Both the position numbers and the translations under genes were made by a program. Of a stretch of DNA of 64,000 bases, positions 1 through 9,905 are shown in pieces. Under the pieces are notes generated by a model. The model was given only the letters and a program-made list of their open reading frames with translations, was not told the DNA's origin and did no database searches. The first letter of the stretch is position 1, and each line of letters starts with the position of its first letter. The DNA is from Picochlorum sp. SENEW3 (lineage: Eukaryota), in the NCBI GenBank assembly GCA_034226945.1, contig CP120456.1:558001-622000 (forward strand), written 5' to 3'.

Positions 1-96
1 CAACTTTGGCAACTTCTTCTTTCCGTCAATGTAGGGAATGCGAAAAGATGACGTGCACATCCGTATATTCCAAACCAGGCCACTCAATTCTGTGTC

Positions 97-783
97 TCAC
101 AGGGAGAGCATGGCAACAAGAGTGCAGCCAACTGCTGCCCACAGGCTGCCAACAAAAGCCCCCGCAGATGCCTCTGTTGCTGCAGTTCCCATGGATCCAT
201 CCATATCTCCGTGATCATGCCCATCATCTTCACTGTGATCCATATCCCCATCCATGGAGCCGCCCATGGCCATCCTCATGGACTCAGTCCCAGTGCCTTC
301 ATAGCAATCTCCATCTTCAGCAAAGGTCAAAGGTCCATATGCGCTGACTCCATCAGTTGTATTTACCACAGCAAAGATGTGTCCCATACACATGTGACCA
401 GCCAATTGCAACGCATTCGTCATGTTCCTCTCTTCTTTGAACAAAGTTGGCATATTCTCAGCCTTGATGGCACTGTCGCCAAAGGTACCATTATACGTGA
501 GAATGGCCCCACCATCAACCTCCACTGGCTCCTTTTGCAGATCCAAATCCACCAGATTGGTGAGCACAGGGTTCAAAGCATCACCTCTGCGGTCGGCAAT
601 TTCTGCCGTCAACAGCGACTCGGTCGAATTCAGCGTCCAGGTCCACTCTCCGTCGTGAATGTACGCTTGTACTTCACCGATGGAATCTCCATCATTCGTC
701 TTCAATTCAGTGACGAAATACGTGTGAGCGGACGCATATCCAGCCAAGCAGGCGAAAAGAAGTGAAACGATAACGCTCTTCAT
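97..783 (-). CDS. Secreted, probably GPI-anchored His/Met/Asp-rich protein (possible CHRD-like domain, possible metal binding)
   Basis: ATG at 783 begins a signal peptide (MKSVIVSLLFACLAGYASA). A MDGDMDHSEDDGHDHGDMDGSM tract precedes a hydrophobic C-terminal tail. Confidence 0.7.
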   Translation of the reverse strand: MKSVIVSLLFACLAGYASAHTYFVTELKTNDGDSIGEVQAYIHDGEWTWTLNSTESLLTAEIADRRGDALNPVLTNLVDLDLQKEPVEVDGGAILTYNGTFGDSAIKAENMPTLFKEERNMTNALQLAGHMCMGHIFAVVNTTDGVSAYGPLTFAEDGDCYEGTGTESMRMAMGGSMDGDMDHSEDDGHDHGDMDGSMGTAATEASAGAFVGSLWAAVGCTLVAMLSL

Positions 784-833
784 GTCCGTCGCGCAAAACG
801 AATCTCTAAAGTTTACGTTTGTTACGGCCCGTA

Positions 834-1241
834 GTACCGAGTAGTACTCGTGCAAAACGAATCAATAAAAAGAATATCACACTGTACTTGCCAACGTGAT
901 GGGATGAAATAACCGATCGAGCGTCGTCCAGATCTACTAGATATCCAGATCGATCTGACCGGATATCCGGATATGTCCGTACACACGTGTGTATGGTGTC
1001 CGTAGCGCTGGCGCCATGCATGGCCTATCCATATGGATCGATCGCGATCGCGATCTCCAGATGCAGAGATCGGATGGACCGTCATGTGGAGTCAACATTG
1101 TGGACCGCCCATAGCAGTAGTGCGCACCAAATCATAGCGCCATGGCACAGTGATCTATAGCATGTACAACTGTATACATATACTACAGTATATGTACTGC
1201 CACTCGTGGCGATACCGTTATCGCCATATCGATCGATGTAC
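834..1241. promoter_or_regulatory. Divergent promoter with 7 GTAC cores and tandem palindromes
   Basis: GTAC at 834, 844, 884, 979, 1164, 1194 and 1238. Five perfect and one near-perfect 12-20 bp palindromes lie within 946-1055. Confidence 0.5.
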
Positions 1242-1543
1242 ATGATACAGTATGCCTATATATCTCCACATTTTGGATCGGACATGTCCAAGTTCCTAAA
1301 CTTGTCAAGTTTGCAGGGAGGATGACAATATTGTCACATGACATTAATGTCGACGGTCTGCCGTTCTAGAACGTTCACTCGATGGAGTGAACTCTTCGAT
1401 CGGAGAATTCGGCCGTGGCCGACGTTCTTCCATGCATCAACGGAGCATGCCCATATCCTGATAAACACGTGAGGCATGCGCCTCACCTGCACAATATAAT
1501 TCAGTTTTTTTCTTTGAAAACTTACTACAAACAAATTAACAAA

Positions 1544-2235
1544 ATGGCTTCTACTATCGCTGCTTCATCTGTCGTTATCGCTCCAAGAGCTGCTGCTTCT
1601 TTCAAGCCAGCCGGAAAGACTGCCGCCAGGGCCAGCATTGTCAACAACCGCGTTGCTGCCAAGACCAATGCTTTCCAGGTATGATTTACATGTTTATTGA
1701 AGCACAGTTTATGACACGCGTGAGCTCCAATGCGCGACGTTCCAAGTCAGCGCCTCGGTGCACTCCGCCATTGTGAACAAGGCGCTAACCCTCGTTGTTT
1801 GTCATCATGCAGGTGTGGAACCCAATTGACAACAAGTTCTTCGAGACTTTCTCTTATCTCCCACCACTCTCTGAGGAGGAGATCATCAAGCAGGTTGACT
1901 ACATTGTCCGCAACGGATATACTCCATGCTTGGAGTTCTCTTCCCCAGAGACTGCCTATGTCAAGTCCACCAACACTGGACGTATGTCTGGAGGAGTGAC
2001 ATGCAACTACTTCGATAACCGTTACTGGTCCATGTGGAAGTTGCCAATGTTCGGATGCACTGATGGCGCCCAGGTTGTGACCGAGATCAAGGCTTGCACC
2101 AAGGCCTTCCCAGATGCTTACATCAGACTTGTTGCTTTCGACAACGTTAAGCAGGTGCAGTGCTCTCTCCTCTTGGTCCACCGCCCAACTGGTGCCAAGG
2201 ACCACCAGTCTCCAGAGAAGCGCTCTGTTGCATAA
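1544..2235 (+). CDS. rbcS: RuBisCO small subunit precursor; exons 1544-1678 and 1813-2235
   Basis: Transit peptide MASTIAASS..., then the mature motifs [36 protein letters not shown] and [17 protein letters not shown] intron 1679-1812 with a GCTAAC branch point. Confidence 0.98.
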
Positions 2236-2397
2236 GTGATCCAGGTATAGACAAGGGATGAAAAAATAGCAAATCTAATCAAAATTTTACAATGTATATG
2301 ATACTCTGACATGTACTCCATTCGATATGACAAATGGCATGTAAAATATGTATGATTGTTACAGTTGTTATTACTCATAGTGTACATGGAGTGCGAA

Positions 2398-3169
2398 TTA
2401 CTGACTCATTACAGTTGATGGTGCATCATCTGCATTGTCCTCTACTTTGGAGGACAAAGAGGGATGAATATCTGGATATTCGTTCAAATATATATCCTCC
2501 TTCCCTTTCAAATAACATCTTGGAGACTTGTGCAGCTGAATACCATCCTTCAGTCTCGCAATCTTACTAATGGAAGCTGTCATTTCTCCAACCCTTCCGC
2601 TTGGTCCTCTGTAAAAGTGGAAATATGGCAGGACTTTCACCCCTAATCCCTTTGCCATTTTTCTATTATCCTCAAAATTTAACATGAGAAATTTGACATC
2701 TTCATGAAACAGACACAGCTTTTTCAACTTGTGGAATAACGCTTTGCAAGCTCCACACCAAGGAGCAAACACTTCAAGCACCACGAGCTGATCATTTCTA
2801 GATGCCTCTGCCAGCTCATCAACAAGTTCTTGTACGGTGGAGATATGAGTCACGTTCTCTGGTACATCTTTTGTCCACCAGCCTCCTCCCTCTTCACCTT
2901 GGGCCGACGTCGCCGCGGTCGTTGTCCCTCCGCATCGTCTCAAAAGCTGCTGCTGCTGCTGCTGCTGCCTGTGGAGTTGACTACAGAGAAAGTCAGGGTT
3001 ACAGCAGTCAACAATGGTTTTCCCCCACTATGAATAGACAATAAAATTCATATAAAAACACACACCATGGTCGTTGGGTCAAAAGACGCTGTGGCCTCGT
3101 CTGAACGAATCGCTGCCCTACGATGCAACTGCTCGGCCCCAAGGGCGCTGATACACGGGTTGGCTGCAT
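2398..3169 (-). CDS. Atypical Cys/His-rich (ACHT/Lilium-type) thioredoxin, probably plastid-targeted; intron 2981-3065
   Basis: WCGAC active site, VKVLPYFHFYRG motif, upstream WW motif. The splice joins a transit-like exon and a polyQ tract in frame. Confidence 0.85.
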
Positions 3170-3339
3170 GGAGCAACAGGGTGTCTCAATATCAAATATT
3201 TCAACTTTTTTTGGTACGATATATGATTTCAGAAGAGGAACATGCAACACCTTCAACTCTGTCTGAACTTTTCTTTTTCTTCCTATTTAAGGTTTTATCA
3301 TCTGAAAGAAAACCTCGAGACTATGAATGACACTGTATT

Positions 3340-4878
3340 CTACAACTCCAGAGCTAACGCAAGGATACTACATCCCACTCCAAGCAGCAGGACTGTCAGC
3401 GGAACACAAACAAATGTCACAATGTCCATGACTTTGGCAAACACGTTGGGTCTCTCAGCAAGCTGGCTCACATGAGGATACCTATTCAAATGATCCATCT
3501 TTCCCTGTTGCTGTTTCCGCGTCGTCAGATGATGTCTGATGCTGTCTTCCTGAATGTACACTGAGCTTGTATTTCTTTGAATAGTACCGTGGGATTCCTC
3601 ATGGTCATCATCTTCCTGCTCTTCCAACTGGGCAGCATCTTCCAAGAGCCAAATCTGTGCCTCGTGGTTGGATACCTCTCGTCGTACGGATCCGAAAAAA
3701 TAAAGCCTTAGATGCACATATATAGGTAATATATACCCGATAATGCATACTGCTGTCGCCCCTGTTATTGAAAAGAACATTGCAGACTCTTTTGGATATG
3801 TACCTGCAACCATGGTTGGGACTCCAATACAACAGACTGTGGTTATGACATGCCTACGTGTTGAAACATCAAGCATGGATGTGCTATCCTGATCACCCTG
3901 ACTGATAGAGTAGACAAGATAACGCATGGCAAGTACAATGGGTGCCATGCTGACTGAGAGATATATTGCTACAGCCACATCCAAGAAGGGTGCATATGCA
4001 TCAGGCAGCCAATCATTCATAATAATATCTCCTTGCACCTTGTGACCATATCTCATTCCAGAAAAAAGCCCCAAAGATGTATATGTAAACATACCGACAC
4101 CAAGGGTAACAATGCGTAGAGCTGAGCAGGTGACAACAAGACCTGTAGGATTCTGGGGCATTTCAGAGAGGAGAGGCAATAACACTGGGTGCAGATAGAA
4201 CGCAAAGCTCAATATAGCGATTGATTGAGGAATCTGAGATCTGTACTCCACTGGAATAGAAAATAGAGGGAAATCCCCATCCATGAGGGCTGGGAACCCA
4301 GACGAGATGCAATTATATGCAACGATGCAGACGAGTGAGATGACGAGAAGGATGCCAGCAGCCGCTGCTCTTTCTAAAGATCTCATCTGTCGTTTCAGAG
4401 ACAATGGGAACACAAAGGCTAGTATTAAAAGAATCATGGGCCACCGAGAATCCTTCACAAATACTTCTGGAACATAATCTGCAACAAACTGCATTGACAT
4501 GGATCCACAGTCTGCCAGCAGGGCTGCATCACCAGTAAGTGTTCCAAATAATAATAAAAACATGGCCGTCTGGGCGATCAACTTCATGCTAGAGCCCTTT
4601 CCAGGACCAACCATGGCACACATGCCTTCATACGTGTATGGAGGACCTTTACCCAATACATACGATGCTACGAGTACAATATTACCAGTATAATTATTTG
4701 CCAGTGCCACGAAGAAGGCAAAGCTTACACCCCAGAAAAGCCCCAGATTTGAAAAGGCAAACCCAACAGGCAAACAGCTGGACCCAAGTATCCCAAGAGA
4801 CAAGGTCAAAACGCTTGCCCAATACGCTGACGACTCACTCGTAGAACAAGGTGAGGGCAAGGGTGGTGTCTCAGCCAT
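3340..4878 (-). CDS. Amino acid transporter (AAAP/Aa_trans family)
   Basis: About 11 hydrophobic segments; ILGSSCLPVGFAF and AILSFAFYLHP motifs. Confidence 0.85.
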   Translation of the reverse strand: MAETPPLPSPCSTSESSAYWASVLTLSLGILGSSCLPVGFAFSNLGLFWGVSFAFFVALANNYTGNIVLVASYVLGKGPPYTYEGMCAMVGPGKGSSMKLIAQTAMFLLLFGTLTGDAALLADCGSMSMQFVADYVPEVFVKDSRWPMILLILAFVFPLSLKRQMRSLERAAAAGILLVISLVCIVAYNCISSGFPALMDGDFPLFSIPVEYRSQIPQSIAILSFAFYLHPVLLPLLSEMPQNPTGLVVTCSALRIVTLGVGMFTYTSLGLFSGMRYGHKVQGDIIMNDWLPDAYAPFLDVAVAIYLSVSMAPIVLAMRYLVYSISQGDQDSTSMLDVSTRRHVITTVCCIGVPTMVAGTYPKESAMFFSITGATAVCIIGYILPIYVHLRLYFFGSVRREVSNHEAQIWLLEDAAQLEEQEDDDHEESHGTIQRNTSSVYIQEDSIRHHLTTRKQQQGKMDHLNRYPHVSQLAERPNVFAKVMDIVTFVCVPLTVLLLGVGCSILALALEL

Positions 4879-5316
4879 GGCTATCAAAAAGGAGCACTTG
4901 GGCTGTCCAGCAACCCAAACCTGCAATGCAGTCACTGGTCCATATCCCGTATCAATATTGATTTTTAATCAACCGTGTCTGATTGTATCCGTCGCATCCA
5001 TGTCGGAATGATTGGAACCTAGGCAGCATGGAGACGTTAAATGTTCTTTTTACGGAGGGATTGCGACGCTGCCGGAGATGGCGAGTCGAGCTTTTCTTTT
5101 CACATATTAAAATTTAAATGTAATTTAAACGTAGGAGTAGCCTCCAGATGAGAAGAGACTAAGCAACGTTGACTAAAACATGGAATGTTCGGCGTAGAAA
5201 ATAATTTTTAAACTCTTGCGTGCTCCAGAGAACTATTTGCAGGCGTTTGCCCATTGTAAAAATAACATATTTTTATAGTGGTGATTCCCTGTATAAAACT
5301 GGTCGCACAGAATCCA

Positions 5317-8103
5317 ATGGGAGAGTTGGTTATGACGCAGCAGGAACAGGGTGGTCGGGAACGTGGTCGGGAGGATTGGGTCTGCTGCGATGGATGTGGA
5401 AAATGGAGACGGGTTCCAGCGGAATTCGTTGCATCTCTAGATGACGATGCGTCGTGGTTCTGTTGGGATAATCCTGATGTTGCCTTCAACTCTTGTGAAA
5501 CTCCTCAGGAGTTTACAGATGAAGAAATAGATGCTATTCAGAACAGAGAACATGCCCAAGCCACGAATGGATATGTTCGAGGTAAAAAGAGACCAGCAGT
5601 GTGGCAGTTGATCAAGACGAATTTGTATCCCCACAGGAGTAAGAAGCAGCAGGACGAAGATGAGATTATGGTGTGCCAGTGTAAGGATTCAGATGAGGAT
5701 CCTTGCGGGGAACATTGCTTGAATCGAATGTTGAACATCGAATGTGTAGAGAAGTATTGTCCAAATGGTTCCAGGTGCCTCAATAGAGCTTTTTCTCAAA
5801 GAAGATATGCATCTCTGGAGGTTCGGCGGGCTGGGAAGAAGGGATTTGGGCTATATGCAAAAGAGGATTTGAAAGCTGGGCAATTTATCGTAGAATACGT
5901 TGGTGAGGTTCTAGATGAAGAAGAATATATGCGAAGAAAACAATTTTATGAAGCGTCACACCAGCGCCATTATTATTTCATGAACATTGGGAATGGAGAA
6001 GTTGTGGATGCAACAAGGAAGGGTGGTTTTGGAAGATTTATCAACCACTCGTGCTCACCGAACTGTGAGACTCAGAAATGGGTGGTTCAAGGAGAGCTTT
6101 GCATTGGATTGTTCACGCTTGTGGATGTGCCAGCTGGCACCGAGTTGACATTTGATTATAATTTTGAGAGGTATGGAGATAAGCCTGTCAAATGTCTGTG
6201 TGGATCCGCTCAATGTAGAGGATTGATTGGTGGAGAGAAGGAAACGAGTGAATCTGTTGGCGTAACAATCACAGCGACTGAGGAAGAGGAGGATTTGGAA
6301 CCAATCATGGTGACAGAAAATGAGGAAGATGACAAGCTTGGTGATATTCTTGATAGAGTGATTGGGCTTGGTTGGGAGGATGGATGGACACCTTCTCTTC
6401 AGAAAAAGCTTGAGAATCTAGCGGAGAGTCGTGGTCTTACATTGCCCGCATACAAGGGACCTGCTAATGGGCCTTCTGTCGATGATGAATCCTTCCTGAG
6501 AGCTGCTGCCGAGTCTGCTTTTTCTGCCGTTCCTGAAAGCGCAAGGAGAGCGAAGAGCAGATTTTCATCAAAGACGAAAAGAAGCAATATGCATGATCCA
6601 GACTGGAAAGATCCTGGGGATGTTGGACAACAGGTAAAGAAGGGTGCACGAAAGAGGCAGCCTGCAACGAGTACTGTTACCAAGGGTGCAGGAACAGTTG
6701 TGCAGAATCGAACCTTCGTGCCCAGGTCTGAAGTGCAGCGAAGACTTGAATCCATGATTGGTAAATCTGGAAGATTGAAAGAAACTGGCAGCAAGAGTGT
6801 GGTTCAATTTTTACGACTTTTTAATCTGTGTGATTTAGGCACCACAGTAATTGAGGGCAAAACAGAGGGTGAGACACTCAATGGAGATTTCAAAGGCAAA
6901 GACGGGGCTACACATAAGAATCCTGAGAGAGAAATAACGCGCCAGAGAGCTAGAATTGTTGATATATCATTGTTGATTGATGTGATCATCAGGACGGATG
7001 GGTTAACTGCAAAACACAAGTTTGTTGAATTGGGCCTGCTCCGTCAATTAGTTCCGATCATGATACACAAGACGGGATCTTTAGAAGGCGAGCACGTTGT
7101 CATTATCAGAAAAGCCTTGAAAGCAATAGAAATGCTCCCTTTCAGTGCTGACGTAGTCACTCGAACAAGATCTGCCCATGGCACGTTTGAAGACATCCTG
7201 AAGGCGTTGGCAAGTCATACAGATTACGAAATTAGAAACAAGTCATGGGTCCTTTTGAAAAAGTGGTCTTTGTCGCTTGATTCGGTAAAATCCAATAGAT
7301 TGTACACTGATGCTCAAGGACGAGCTGGCAGGTACAGGTCACATGGGTCTTCCACATTTTCCCCATTGCACAGCAATAGAACCCCATCAATGAACAGGGA
7401 GCAATATGGAGGATATCGACAGCAATCAAATGATTCCATGCGCTCTCATGAATTTTCCAGCTATTCCACGGAGAGATCCAGATCTAATGGACACAGGGGA
7501 TACCATGAGGGAAGAAAGCGTGAGCGTCCAGAAACCGAGTCTCTGGGCAAGAAACGAAGTAGATGGGACGAGAAGAAAGAAGAACAAATTTTACCTCCTC
7601 CTGCTCCAGAACTATCTCCTATGACAGACGAGGAAGAACCAGAAGAAGGCATTCTGACTGAAGAGAAGAAGGAGGTGCAGGGGGCAATCAAAAAGGTTGA
7701 CGAAACAAAGAGACCTGATATCCTAGCATCTGCCGCGCTGGAATTGATCAGTGATCCATTTGATGGCGCATCAGCAAAATCTGCACTCCAAATGAAAGTT
7801 GTCGGAACTGAGAAAAAGACCTGGAAGTACCCTAACGAAGACTTTGAGAAATTTGTCATCAATGTGATTCGAAGCAGACTAAGCAAGTATGAGAAACCTG
7901 GACATCCGTTACAGTTGAAGAGAGAACAAGCAGCAACGTTGTTCAGCAAAATACGAAAAGACATCATGATACGGGAAAAAGCGGCCTACAAAGAACGTGA
8001 GTCTACAGGAATGAGAAAGCCAATTGAGAAGGAGAAAACAGAAGCAAGGATAAAGTCCTATGTCAAAGACAGAGTTCAACGATTCTTGGCACAAGAAAAG
8101 TAA
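5317..8103 (+). CDS. CW-AWS-SET-postSET histone H3K36 methyltransferase (ASHH2/SETD2-like)
   Basis: CW finger WVCCDGCGKWR...WFCWDN, SET motifs RFINHSCSPN and ELTFDY, post-SET CLCGSAQCRG, SRI-like C-terminus. Confidence 0.92.
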   Translation: MGELVMTQQEQGGRERGREDWVCCDGCGKWRRVPAEFVASLDDDASWFCWDNPDVAFNSCETPQEFTDEEIDAIQNREHAQATNGYVRGKKRPAVWQLIKTNLYPHRSKKQQDEDEIMVCQCKDSDEDPCGEHCLNRMLNIECVEKYCPNGSRCLNRAFSQRRYASLEVRRAGKKGFGLYAKEDLKAGQFIVEYVGEVLDEEEYMRRKQFYEASHQRHYYFMNIGNGEVVDATRKGGFGRFINHSCSPNCETQKWVVQGELCIGLFTLVDVPAGTELTFDYNFERYGDKPVKCLCGSAQCRGLIGGEKETSESVGVTITATEEEEDLEPIMVTENEEDDKLGDILDRVIGLGWEDGWTPSLQKKLENLAESRGLTLPAYKGPANGPSVDDESFLRAAAESAFSAVPESARRAKSRFSSKTKRSNMHDPDWKDPGDVGQQVKKGARKRQPATSTVTKGAGTVVQNRTFVPRSEVQRRLESMIGKSGRLKETGSKSVVQFLRLFNLCDLGTTVIEGKTEGETLNGDFKGKDGATHKNPEREITRQRARIVDISLLIDVIIRTDGLTAKHKFVELGLLRQLVPIMIHKTGSLEGEHVVIIRKALKAIEMLPFSADVVTRTRSAHGTFEDILKALASHTDYEIRNKSWVLLKKWSLSLDSVKSNRLYTDAQGRAGRYRSHGSSTFSPLHSNRTPSMNREQYGGYRQQSNDSMRSHEFSSYSTERSRSNGHRGYHEGRKRERPETESLGKKRSRWDEKKEEQILPPPAPELSPMTDEEEPEEGILTEEKKEVQGAIKKVDETKRPDILASAALELISDPFDGASAKSALQMKVVGTEKKTWKYPNEDFEKFVINVIRSRLSKYEKPGHPLQLKREQAATLFSKIRKDIMIREKAAYKERESTGMRKPIEKEKTEARIKSYVKDRVQRFLAQEK

Positions 8104-8125
8104 GATTTATTCATATGATTTACGT

Positions 8126-9571
8126 TTATGATGTAAATGGCAATTTCGTCATGACATCTTCGCATGCATTCCACAAAATTCCAACGTCAACTGCCAAGCA
8201 TTTTAAGGCAAAGGAAAAAGATAGCAGCTCTTGAGAGTACTCTCTATCTGCACCAAACCGTGGGCGACAGGACTGATCTTCTTCAATAGAAGTACCCGAA
8301 TCCGAATCTTCAAGTAGCGAGGCATCAAACGTATCACGCAAGACAAGTGATGCTCGTCTCTCCAATCCATCCAGTGTATTTGAAAACTCCCTATACTTTT
8401 GCAACGACTCAAGGCTCGTCAACTGACCCTTACTTTCCCATTCTTTGACCACACGAATCAGCTCTAGAAGCAACAGTGGATTCAAATTGCGATCCAACGG
8501 AAACTTTGACCGAATCTCAAATAGCGCATCCCTCATAGCCAAAGTGATGCTTTTCAACACACCAGACTCTGCCTGTCTACTCATTTTTTCTTCACCCAAC
8601 ACCTCGAACCAATCATTCAAAGCTTGTTCAATCGTAAAAAACCCACGAGATACCCGCCTCACAGAATTTGCCATCTCGTGTAAACTCTGTATTGGAAGTG
8701 GAGATGAGACTCCACGTGCTGAACCACACCATACAAACACATTTGGCACGAGAATCAGGTGGTTATTTGATGTACACCACAGTAGTAGCTCGGATCGAGA
8801 GACCTCCAAATGGTTCTCCATAGCAAATAAATGGCCATACAACTGAGTCACTGAATCCTCCATATGTCTATGGTGCACCTCCCGATGAGTCACTCTCCGT
8901 GACGAGAGCAAAGACGCTTCTAAATCGTCACCATCATGAATATCGTCATCCGCATCCAAAAATCCACAAGGTTTCCACACACAAGCATGAAGATGGCACA
9001 GGTACTTGAGTGCTTCATCCATATCATGAAGTGATTCCACTGTTGCACTCTTTGGAAAAAGAACCACAGATAAAAAAAGCGTCATTACAACCCCCAACAG
9101 TATACCACAAATCCTCGCAATCCCATAATATTGCATCTTCTGCTCTTGCCCAGAGTCCACAGGAAAGGCGGACAAGAGCACAGTCACAATAAATATATTT
9201 GTCAAGCTCACCCTCTTCACCCCGAGAAAAACGCTGAATCCAGCCAACAATGCCGCTATCGATGCTAAGAAGAATCCGTCTTCAGCCTCTCCCAGGAATT
9301 CTTGACCAACCCTATGCAAAAGATACCCAAGTCCTCCTCCACAGGCAGTACCCACAATTTGCTCACTTCCAATGGCACTCGCTCGTCCAATCAATGGATG
9401 CGTTACGATAGCCCCCGTAATTGCCATCCACTTACAAGCAGACTTTACAGCAGCAGTGTGCGCCACATGCCGAGGTCCTAGGATGGCAAAACCCAAGAAA
9501 CAGGGGACAAAAACACCAACTGCTAAGCGAAGGCTACGCCTAAAATACTCTGGCTTTGAATTTGGAAGCAT
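8126..9571 (-). CDS. ALMT/aromatic acid exporter family membrane protein (5' end uncertain)
   Basis: WMAITGAIV, GTACGGGLG and RICGILLG...SVVLFP transmembrane motifs, followed by a long helical C-terminal domain. Confidence 0.75.
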   Translation of the reverse strand: MLPNSKPEYFRRSLRLAVGVFVPCFLGFAILGPRHVAHTAAVKSACKWMAITGAIVTHPLIGRASAIGSEQIVGTACGGGLGYLLHRVGQEFLGEAEDGFFLASIAALLAGFSVFLGVKRVSLTNIFIVTVLLSAFPVDSGQEQKMQYYGIARICGILLGVVMTLFLSVVLFPKSATVESLHDMDEALKYLCHLHACVWKPCGFLDADDDIHDGDDLEASLLSSRRVTHREVHHRHMEDSVTQLYGHLFAMENHLEVSRSELLLWCTSNNHLILVPNVFVWCGSARGVSSPLPIQSLHEMANSVRRVSRGFFTIEQALNDWFEVLGEEKMSRQAESGVLKSITLAMRDALFEIRSKFPLDRNLNPLLLLELIRVVKEWESKGQLTSLESLQKYREFSNTLDGLERRASLVLRDTFDASLLEDSDSGTSIEEDQSCRPRFGADREYSQELLSFSFALKCLAVDVGILWNACEDVMTKLPFTS

Positions 9572-9905
9572 CTATAGAGCATATCAGGCCATACGTATTT
9601 CATGAAGAAGAGTAATATTCAGTCTGGCGTCGAGGGTTGCCTTGTGAGAAAATATTCGGTTCAAACACCGGGGCCCATGGCAACGGATGGTCATGCTCAT
9701 CGGTCAAATACATCTGTTGACCGAACGCATGGCGAATTAACACACTCCTTGTTCAAAAAAGAAAAACAGATCAATACCTTTTATTCTGTATCGTGACATT
9801 GCACACTTTTACAAATTAGCATTTTGAACATGATTTGATATCGCAAGGGACCGTCTGAGCTGCGAGGAACTCAGGAATACGAGAAAATTGCTGTGCTGTA
9901 CAACC

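Noticed and set aside
211..765. Antisense and alternative-frame ORFs (e.g. 211-765, 7461-7967, 17527-18171, 27967-28575)
   Set aside because: They are shadows of well-supported genes on the opposite strand or in another frame and have no motifs of their own.
2946..2968. (CTG)n microsatellite
   Set aside because: It is the polyQ-coding part of the thioredoxin transit region on the minus strand.
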